Positions 17,042-24,795 of a DNA stretch of 32,000 nt are shown here, in pieces. A program made the position numbers and the translations under genes. The stretch is from Candidatus Heimdallarchaeota archaeon. GTDB lineage: Archaea > Asgardarchaeota > Heimdallarchaeia > Heimdallarchaeales > Kariarchaeaceae. Numbering within the stretch: the first letter of the stretch is position 1; each line of letters begins with the position of its first letter. The notes beneath the pieces are model-generated. The model did not search any database. It had not been told where the DNA came from and saw nothing but the letters and a program-made list of their open reading frames with translations. The DNA lies in assembly GCA_030149205.1 (NCBI GenBank), contig JASBSB010000001.1, positions 570,001-602,000 on the forward strand, in the 5' to 3' direction.

Positions 17042-19078
17042 ATGGACAAAGAGCTTTTTTCTCAATATTTAGCAAAGCTTGGCCTGAACGAAAATGACCA
17101 AATTGTGTATTCTACGTTGTTAGGAAAAGGTGTGATGACCCCAGGTGAGCTCCAACAGACAATTGTCAAGCTGGAACTACTGGAGGTTATTGAGTCACTT
17201 AGGGATTTGACAGACTTAGCAGTTGTTGAAGCCTTAGGGAGTAAAATCAAAAGATATTATGCCAGACTCCCGTTCTTAAAACAGATTTTAAACATTGAAA
17301 GAGAAAGCATTTTTAGCCTAAATTCTCTGGTTACCTCTATAGATGAGAAAAAGGATTACCTAGAAGAAAGAAGGGAAGAGATATCACACGTCCATCTTCC
17401 TATGTTTGTTAGTCAACTCTTGGATATTTATTATGACATGATTGTAAAACCAACAAGGGATAGGGTCAATGAGACAAAGAATGAGATGGAAGACCAATCT
17501 GTTGCGGCTGTTAGGAATATTCAGAAAATAAATGAGAAAATTAAATCAGATATTACACAGATAGGAGAGGTTGCTTTGAACCTTATACAGTCAATTTCCA
17601 CAAAAAAGGTCTTGAAAGTCACTGAAGCTGATGAGAAAGCAGCTGAAATCATACAAAATGGAAAATTAAAACAAACCGAGATATTGAAAATTACTCATGA
17701 ACAACTAAAAGATAATTTTGATGAAATTGATTCAAACTTAAAGTCTATTTTAGAAGAAACCGATGAAGTTTCAATAGAAGAATACAAATCTGTTGTTGAC
17801 TCAGACATCAAAAAATTAAGTGAGATAGAAGGAATCGCATCGAGAGTAGATTCAGAACTCAAAAGTCATAATCAAAAAGTGAAATCGGGTATGATAAAAT
17901 TAAGGGAGGAAGTTTTTAATCGCTCAATAAATCTGTTCGACTCAATCACTGATGCAGATTCTAAGGCCAATACGATCCATAAATTTAGAGAAACACTGAC
18001 TTCCATTTTTGAAGAGCAAGAGAACTTTTTCCAAACCTCTGAAAGTGAAATTAAATCCCATGAATTAGTAGAAATTTCACAAACTTTGATTTCAAAAGAA
18101 CGGAAAATGGTTGATTCTATTGAAAAACTAAAACTTAGAAAGCTTGAACTAGCAGAAAACATGAAGAAACTGACTGAACAAAGTAAATCAGATTTCAGTA
18201 AAGTGTTAAATACCTTGAATGAACTCAATGATGAGGGATTGAAAGAGCTAAAAACAGTGGTTTCAACCTTTTTAAATCGTTTTGAATCTTCGATTCTTTC
18301 ACTGTCAAAGGAATCAGTCAAGTCAGTGTCTGAGTTAACAGAAACGAGCAAACATTTGATTGATGAGAACATTTCTGAAAACTCTTTAACATTAGAAACA
18401 CTCTATGAAGCACCCATCAAGCTATTAGAAGAGTTTGTGAAAAACCTAAGCAGGGTTTCCGAAGGTGAAAAGGAAAAATTTGAGACCCAAACTAATTCAT
18501 CTATTTTAGATTATGTCACAAAAATTCAAGAGTTCACAGAAGAGATAATTAGACTGCTAAGAGAGAGAATTGATTTTGCAGTAACTATGTTGGAAGGCAG
18601 GAATCTGGATCTTCGAAAAATTCAAAGACTAAATGACGAACTTGATATTCAGGTACCTGTGGAAAATGGAGTCGTAATGGGATTACCAGCTATCTATGCC
18701 AGCTTAACTGATCTCTTGTTACGAGCCAAGAGAAAAGTTACGCTGATCACTCCAACATTTGATCCAGAGCTTTTCAGTATTGCTTTCAGCCATATTAGAA
18801 ATACCTCAACAATGCAAGTTACAATCGTATGCCAGTTTAATGAAAAATCATACGCAAAGCAGTTGGAGATTGCAAAGGAGTTTGGGAGAATTGCCATTTA
18901 TAACTATCCTGAAAAGAACATATATGCTTGCTTCAGAGATGATGAAGAGATCCTCTTCGGTTACACAGTTGAAAATGAAGAAGCGTCCGCGATTCGAAGT
19001 TTATCTTATTCAATGGTCAATCTCTTCAAAGATCGAATAAACGAAACTGTAATCAGACTTTCAAAAAGAATACTTTAA
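17042..19078 (+). CDS. TrmB-like wHTH, long helical/coiled-coil region, PLD-like C-terminal domain
   Basis: LGLNENDQIVYSTLLGKGVMTPGEL..KRYYA; about residues 80-540 are E/K/L/I/S-rich and nearly Pro/Gly-free; GLPAIYASLTDLLLRAKRKVTLITP, CFRDDEEILFG. Confidence 0.75.
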   Translation: MDKELFSQYLAKLGLNENDQIVYSTLLGKGVMTPGELQQTIVKLELLEVIESLRDLTDLAVVEALGSKIKRYYARLPFLKQILNIERESIFSLNSLVTSIDEKKDYLEERREEISHVHLPMFVSQLLDIYYDMIVKPTRDRVNETKNEMEDQSVAAVRNIQKINEKIKSDITQIGEVALNLIQSISTKKVLKVTEADEKAAEIIQNGKLKQTEILKITHEQLKDNFDEIDSNLKSILEETDEVSIEEYKSVVDSDIKKLSEIEGIASRVDSELKSHNQKVKSGMIKLREEVFNRSINLFDSITDADSKANTIHKFRETLTSIFEEQENFFQTSESEIKSHELVEISQTLISKERKMVDSIEKLKLRKLELAENMKKLTEQSKSDFSKVLNTLNELNDEGLKELKTVVSTFLNRFESSILSLSKESVKSVSELTETSKHLIDENISENSLTLETLYEAPIKLLEEFVKNLSRVSEGEKEKFETQTNSSILDYVTKIQEFTEEIIRLLRERIDFAVTMLEGRNLDLRKIQRLNDELDIQVPVENGVVMGLPAIYASLTDLLLRAKRKVTLITPTFDPELFSIAFSHIRNTSTMQVTIVCQFNEKSYAKQLEIAKEFGRIAIYNYPEKNIYACFRDDEEILFGYTVENEEASAIRSLSYSMVNLFKDRINETVIRLSKRIL

Positions 19079-19096
19079 AATTTAGTCTTATTAAAA

Positions 19097-19615
19097 TTAA
19101 TCTTCAACAACAATTTTTGCAGGGCAGGGCATTTTTGAAACCCCAGATTTCATGGATTTCACTGCTAATTCTACATGATTTTTATTTACCCTCACGGTAT
19201 ATAATTCATCATTGGCCTTGATACGTGCCGCCCTGTCAGTTGGCTTTCCAAATGATTGCCTCATTCCATCTTGCATACGATCTGCTCCAGCAAATGCCAT
19301 CATCTTATTTTCTCTCAATACATGATGAGGATGCTTTCTAACACGAAAATGATAGTTTTCCCTTCCAATTAGTTTGGTTAGTTGCCTGTTTATGGCTTGC
19401 CTTGCTGCTTCTAATGCCATATGACGAATATTGCAGGCTTCAAGACCTATCATGTGGACTGAAACTTCGAAATCCTTTCCATTCTGTCCCATGTCGAATA
19501 TTTGTAATTTAGACCCTGGAATACCACGGATATATCCTTTGGTTCTTCTTCCCTGAGTTCTTGTGTATGATGGTCCTTTTGCGAATGTATAACATCTAGC
19601 AGGTCTTTTTCCCAT
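19097..19615 (-). CDS. rpl10e: 50S ribosomal protein uL16 (L10e)
   Basis: MGKRPARCY, IRHMALEAARQAINR, HPHHVLRENKM, GADRMQDGMRQSFGKP. Confidence 0.97.
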   Translation of the reverse strand: MGKRPARCYTFAKGPSYTRTQGRRTKGYIRGIPGSKLQIFDMGQNGKDFEVSVHMIGLEACNIRHMALEAARQAINRQLTKLIGRENYHFRVRKHPHHVLRENKMMAFAGADRMQDGMRQSFGKPTDRAARIKANDELYTVRVNKNHVELAVKSMKSGVSKMPCPAKIVVED

Positions 19616-19765
19616 AATTTACACCTAATATAATTTTTTTAATAATTTGACTTATTTAAAAGAAGTTATTGTTAACAGGAGGAATTCTTTTACAATTATT
19701 AGATAACTTATCAGCACATTCTCAGTGAAGACAAAGAATTTAATATCTTCTATTTCGTTTAAGTT

Positions 19766-21625
19766 ATGAAAGGTATAGGGTATACCACTGTCCTTATCGG
19801 ACTCCTAATGTTTTCATTTGGTAGCTCAGTCGGCTTACCAATGACTGACAAGAGTCTTCATTCTGTAAATCCCAATCTCGCCACTTATACTGATGAGGTT
19901 CCCTGGGGAGTTAATCAGATTGGTGCACCACAGGTTTGGAATAAAACCTTAGGTTCTAAAGGAGTTACAGTTGCAGTTATTGACTCTGGAATTGATTTAA
20001 ATCATCCCGACTTAAAACAAAACATTTGGAATAATACAAAAGAAATCCCAAACAATGGAATTGATGATGATCATAATGGGTTTATTGATGACATACATGG
20101 TTGGAATTTTTTTGACAACAATAATGATGTTTCAGACAAATTAACTCCCTCTCATGGAACTCATGTGAGTGGAATAATAGCTGCAGAGATGAATAATCTT
20201 GGAGTAGTCGGTGTCGCCCCAAATGTAACAATTATGCCATTAAAGGTGTTTGGAACAAGCCCGAATGTCAGTATAGGTATTTCAAATGCAATTGATTACG
20301 CAGTGAACAATGGAGCAAACATTATATCAATGAGTTTGGGAGGATCAAACCCCGACTACTACATAGAACAGGCAGTAAGAAATGCCTGGGAAAAGGGTCT
20401 TGTTATAGTAGCTGCAAATGGGAATGAAGGTGCAAAAGCACCGGTAAGTTATCCCGCAGCCTATCCAGAGGTAATCGCAGTTGCCGCCACAACTGACACC
20501 AACAACATCGCATCTTTTTCAAATTCTGGCACTCAGACAGAAATTAGTGCCCCAGGTGTATTAATAAATTCAACTATGAGAGTAGGATCTGTCATAAAAA
20601 CTAGTCTTTCAATAAATGGAACCCTGTATCAATCAAATCCAATGCAGTATTCACCACCAATTTCTACGCCGATAGTTTATCCCTTAGAATATGTAAACTT
20701 AGGTCTACCTTCTGATTTTATAGGTAAGAACCTTACTGGTAAGATCGCTCTGATAGAGCGTGGACAATCCTATTTTAAGGACAAAGTTGGTAATGCCTCA
20801 AAAGCCGGAGCTCTTGGAGTGATTATTTTCAACAATAAACCAGGGAACTTTTTAGGGAATCTTATCACTACTGCCCCCATTCCAGCTTTTTCGATTTCTC
20901 AACTGGATGGGCAAAATCTAGTTTCAGAATTACAAAAAAATATTAGCATGATCGCAAACATGTCAAGCATACATACTGATTGGGGAGTATTAAGTGGAAC
21001 TTCGATGGCAACTCCTCATGTGTCAGGTTCAGCAGCTCTGTTATGGAGCTATAACTCATCCCTTACAAACTATAAGATACGACAGATTCTGGATAGATCT
21101 ACAACAGATCTAGGAATCAATGGGAGAGACAGTTATTATGGTTATGGTCTACTTAATGTGTCTCGAGCTGTCGAAGTAGTAAATGACAAACAAGCACCAA
21201 AAATTTTGTCTATAAATTTGAATATCATAAATTCCATAAATCCAAAAATATCAGGAGACATCCATATTACAGATGATGTAGGACTTTACTCAGTAGAATC
21301 TAGAGTAATTGAAAATGGAGTTACTGCCTACTTAGATGTGTTCAGTATCGCATCTAGGAGCAAGGATAGCAGCCCATTACTCGGTCTGACTGTGGGATTG
21401 GGATTAACAAGTCTGAAACTTAATCTCACAATCTCCGACATGTATGGTCATACAACATCTAAATTGGTAGATTTGTCATCTCAATATCAGAACGTTATCA
21501 TTAGCACCTCAAGCAGTTCATCTCCAACAACAAATCGTGCCTCAACTCCTTTAATTGGACTGATTAACAGCTTGATTCTCATCAGCATAAGTGTAAGGGT
21601 TGTAAAGCGTAAAAAGAGGAGTTGA
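19766..21625 (+). CDS. Secreted S8 subtilisin-like protease with PA domain and C-terminal anchor
   Basis: Signal peptide; VAVIDSG (Asp), HGTHVSG (His), AANGN, SGTSMATPHV (Ser); PA insert GKIALIERG..KVGNASKAGALGVIIFNN; S/T linker, hydrophobic helix, KRKKRS. Confidence 0.93.
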   Translation: MKGIGYTTVLIGLLMFSFGSSVGLPMTDKSLHSVNPNLATYTDEVPWGVNQIGAPQVWNKTLGSKGVTVAVIDSGIDLNHPDLKQNIWNNTKEIPNNGIDDDHNGFIDDIHGWNFFDNNNDVSDKLTPSHGTHVSGIIAAEMNNLGVVGVAPNVTIMPLKVFGTSPNVSIGISNAIDYAVNNGANIISMSLGGSNPDYYIEQAVRNAWEKGLVIVAANGNEGAKAPVSYPAAYPEVIAVAATTDTNNIASFSNSGTQTEISAPGVLINSTMRVGSVIKTSLSINGTLYQSNPMQYSPPISTPIVYPLEYVNLGLPSDFIGKNLTGKIALIERGQSYFKDKVGNASKAGALGVIIFNNKPGNFLGNLITTAPIPAFSISQLDGQNLVSELQKNISMIANMSSIHTDWGVLSGTSMATPHVSGSAALLWSYNSSLTNYKIRQILDRSTTDLGINGRDSYYGYGLLNVSRAVEVVNDKQAPKILSINLNIINSINPKISGDIHITDDVGLYSVESRVIENGVTAYLDVFSIASRSKDSSPLLGLTVGLGLTSLKLNLTISDMYGHTTSKLVDLSSQYQNVIISTSSSSSPTTNRASTPLIGLINSLILISISVRVVKRKKRS

Positions 21626-21697
21626 AACTTTTTCTTTGATTGATTCGTAAAGTCACACTTTTATTATTAGGATTTATTCACAATTATAGGTAATATC

Positions 21698-22264
21698 ATG
21701 ACAGAGTTTAAACTATTTAACAAGTGGTCAATGGACGAAATCACTGTCTCTGATACAGGGTTAGAGAGATATATAAATCTCAAGGACATTATTACTCCTC
21801 ACTCAGGAGGTCGCCACTCTGCACAGAGATTTAAAAAAACTGAAGTAAATATTGTAGAACGATTCATTAACAAGTTAATGAGACATGGAGGAAATGCAGG
21901 CAAAAAACTAAAGGTTATCAAAAGTGTGGAGCTTTCTTTTGATTTGATTAATGCCAAAACTGGAGAAAACCCAGTTCAAATCCTCGTCAATGCAGTGATC
22001 AATGCTGCACCAAGAGAAGAAACTACCAGACTTTCATATGGTGGTGTTGCACAACATCAAGCTGTTGACACCTCCCCACTTAGAAGAGTTGATTTAGCAC
22101 TAAGGTTTTTAACAGAGGGAATAACAAAAGCCTCATTTTCGAACATCAAGAGCTTCGATGAAGTTATTGCTGATGAGCTGCTTGCAGCTGCAGCAAATGA
22201 TTTGGCATCTCAGGGTGTCAGAAAGAAACAAGAAATAGAAAGAATCGCATATTCTGCAAGATAA
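21698..22264 (+). CDS. rps7: 30S ribosomal protein uS7
   Basis: KLFNKWS, PHSGGRH, IVERFINKLM, NAAPREET, AVDTSPLRRVDLAL, KKQEIERIAYSAR. Confidence 0.97.
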   Translation: MTEFKLFNKWSMDEITVSDTGLERYINLKDIITPHSGGRHSAQRFKKTEVNIVERFINKLMRHGGNAGKKLKVIKSVELSFDLINAKTGENPVQILVNAVINAAPREETTRLSYGGVAQHQAVDTSPLRRVDLALRFLTEGITKASFSNIKSFDEVIADELLAAAANDLASQGVRKKQEIERIAYSAR

Positions 22265-22269
22265 TCATA

Positions 22270-23070
22270 ATGTTCGATGAGATTAATAATTTTGAACTAA
22301 CCAGATTAAAAATAACTGTGATAAATATTTTAAGATTTCTGAATACCAGATATAAAAAGCAAAAGTTGTTACTAAACAGGATAAATGAAGGATTAGATAA
22401 TAAGATCACAAGTGCTGACCTTTCCAGATACCTGTCTGGGCAGGCACTTCCTGCTGGAGAAAGACTCATATCTCTAACTAACCTCTTTATCAATCCAGGA
22501 TTTAAGGAAATTGAATTTATAAACATTCTTCAAACACATTCGAAGAGCTTAACAGTTGGAGAAAAAACATTAATGGACTTTTCATATCTCTTAAGTGACA
22601 CAAGAGCACTTTCTACATTGTCAGATCTCTGCAAACTGAGAGAGCTGATAACACTAGATCAAAGATCCTTTAGCCTGATGAATGAAAATATATCAAAAAT
22701 TATCACGATAGAAGTTGATGGGATTCCTTTTGCGAAATCAATTGCTCAGAGCCTTGGTAATTCTGTGGATATGACTTACATTCGCAAGACACCGACCTTT
22801 GACGTCATTTCCGAGAGTGAATGGGGCAAATTTATTGCTGAACCACAGGGGGGAAGATTACAGCTATTCTACCTTCCACGTAAATTCGTTAAGAAAGGTG
22901 AGAGGGTGCTGATAGTTGATGATGTGGTAAGTAGTGGCTCAAGTATAAGGGGAATGAATAGGTTAATCTCCGAACTTGGAGGGATTGTTATTGGTGCATT
23001 AGTTCTTTATTCACATAACCGTTATTTGGAGATTGATAATATTCCAATCATCTCCCTCTTCCACCAGTGA
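22270..23070 (+). CDS. HTH-phosphoribosyltransferase protein (archaeal PurR-like regulator)
   Basis: HTH SADLSRYLSGQALP; ITIEVDGIPFA; IRK; PRPP loop VLIVDDVVSSGSS; starts 5 nt after the rps7 stop. Confidence 0.82.
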   Translation: MFDEINNFELTRLKITVINILRFLNTRYKKQKLLLNRINEGLDNKITSADLSRYLSGQALPAGERLISLTNLFINPGFKEIEFINILQTHSKSLTVGEKTLMDFSYLLSDTRALSTLSDLCKLRELITLDQRSFSLMNENISKIITIEVDGIPFAKSIAQSLGNSVDMTYIRKTPTFDVISESEWGKFIAEPQGGRLQLFYLPRKFVKKGERVLIVDDVVSSGSSIRGMNRLISELGGIVIGALVLYSHNRYLEIDNIPIISLFHQ

Positions 23071-23153
23071 TTATCCTCAGATTTGTTAACTCATCATGTA
23101 TCTCTCCTAATTTTACTTTCTCCTGTGTAAAGTCAAGTTATGTTTCCTAATTC

Positions 23154-23161
23154 TTATAAAC
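23154..23161 (+). promoter_or_regulatory. TATA box of tuf
   Basis: TTATAAAC 30-37 nt before ATG 23191; SD-like AGGT in the leader. Confidence 0.5.
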
Positions 23162-23190
23162 GAACTCATGCTAATTAGGTCAGATATACC

Positions 23191-24480
23191 ATGAGTTCAA
23201 AAAAACCTCACTTGAATCTGGTTATCATAGGACATGTTGATCATGGTAAAAGTACTATGACCGGCCATTTGCTCTATCTTGCTGGTGCCATCGATCAACG
23301 TACTATGGATAAGTACGAACAGGAATCAGAAAAAATTGGTCGTGGGACATGGAAGTTTGCATGGGCCTTAGACAAACTTAAGGAAGAAAGAGAAAGAGGG
23401 GTAACAATCGACATTGCCTTCTTCAAATTCGAGACTCAAAAGCAGGTTTACACAATCATTGATGCACCAGGACACAGAGATTTCGTTAAGAACATGATCA
23501 CAGGAACCTCTCAAGCAGATGCTGCAGTTCTCGTGGTTTCTGCTGAAAAAGGTGGTTTCGAAGCCGGTATTTCTGGTCAGGGACAAACAAGAGAACACGC
23601 ATTGCTTGCAAAAACTCTGGGTGTTGAACAACTTGTCGTTGCAGTAAACAAAATGGACACTGTAGACTGGGCAGAAGACAGATACAATGAAATCAAAGAG
23701 GAGATTGGTAATTTCTTAAAAGGGATCGGATACAAGTTAGACAAGGTCCACTTTGTGCCAGTAAGTGGTATCACAGGTGACAACCTTAAGGATAAGTCTG
23801 ACAAAACCCCATATTATAAGGGACCAACTCTATTAACGGCTTTAGATGAATTCTCTCCCCCACCAAAACCAACAGACAAACCACTCAGACTACCAATCCA
23901 AGATGTTTATACTATTACAGGGATTGGAACTGTTCCATCAGGAAGAGTAGAAACTGGTGTTTTGAAACCTGGTGAGAAAATAATTGTTGCACCTTCTGGA
24001 AAGAAAGGAATTGTAAACACAATTGAAATGCACCATGAACAAATCCCAGTAGCTGAACCTGGTGACAACATTGGTTTTTCAGTTAAAGGTATCGGAAAAG
24101 CAGATATTAGAAGAGGAAACGTAGTTGGTCATGAATCTAACCCACCTACAGTTGCAGAGGAATTCGAAGCACAGGTAGTAGTTATGAGACACCCATCAGT
24201 AATCTCTCCAGGATACACCCCGGTTTTACACTTGGGTACCGCCCAAACAGCCTGTACTTTTATGGAACTCAAAACTAAGATGGTTAAAGGTCAAAAAGTT
24301 GATAATCCCGATCACTTGAAGAATGGGGATGCTTCAATAGTTGCGATGGTTCCAGTGAAACCATTCGTTGTAGAACCTTTCAAAGATTTCCCTCAATTGG
24401 GAAGATTTGCAGTCAGAGACATGGGTCAAACCGTTGCAGTTGGCGTTGTGCAAAAAGTTACCAAGAAGAAAGCCTACTAA
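23191..24480 (+). CDS. tuf: Elongation factor 1-alpha
   Basis: [56 protein letters not shown]; [11 protein letters not shown] insert. Confidence 0.98.
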   Translation: MSSKKPHLNLVIIGHVDHGKSTMTGHLLYLAGAIDQRTMDKYEQESEKIGRGTWKFAWALDKLKEERERGVTIDIAFFKFETQKQVYTIIDAPGHRDFVKNMITGTSQADAAVLVVSAEKGGFEAGISGQGQTREHALLAKTLGVEQLVVAVNKMDTVDWAEDRYNEIKEEIGNFLKGIGYKLDKVHFVPVSGITGDNLKDKSDKTPYYKGPTLLTALDEFSPPPKPTDKPLRLPIQDVYTITGIGTVPSGRVETGVLKPGEKIIVAPSGKKGIVNTIEMHHEQIPVAEPGDNIGFSVKGIGKADIRRGNVVGHESNPPTVAEEFEAQVVVMRHPSVISPGYTPVLHLGTAQTACTFMELKTKMVKGQKVDNPDHLKNGDASIVAMVPVKPFVVEPFKDFPQLGRFAVRDMGQTVAVGVVQKVTKKKAY

Positions 24481-24795
24481 AGTTTTTCTATACAAGATAT
24501 TCAAACTGAAATTTCTACAAATAAATAACGTATTGGTATTACCAAAATTTTTCATTTCTTACAAGCTAATTTGTATTCAATTCAAGATAGTGGATTCATC
24601 AGCTTCTTATCTCTAAATAACAATGATAATCTGAAATTTATAGACTATCTAATCATTACTTCAATTAAAAATAAAATTAATAATCATAAAATTTTGGTCA
24701 TAATTTTACTTTAAAAAATAGAAGATTCTTTCAAATTTTTTAGATTGCCTCTTGATCATCAATCTACAAATCTTTTCACATCATAAGATACAATT

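Noticed and set aside
17042-19078. SMC/Rad50 or PLD nuclease defence protein
   Set aside because: No Walker A/B or ABC signature, and no HxK catalytic motif in either PLD-like domain
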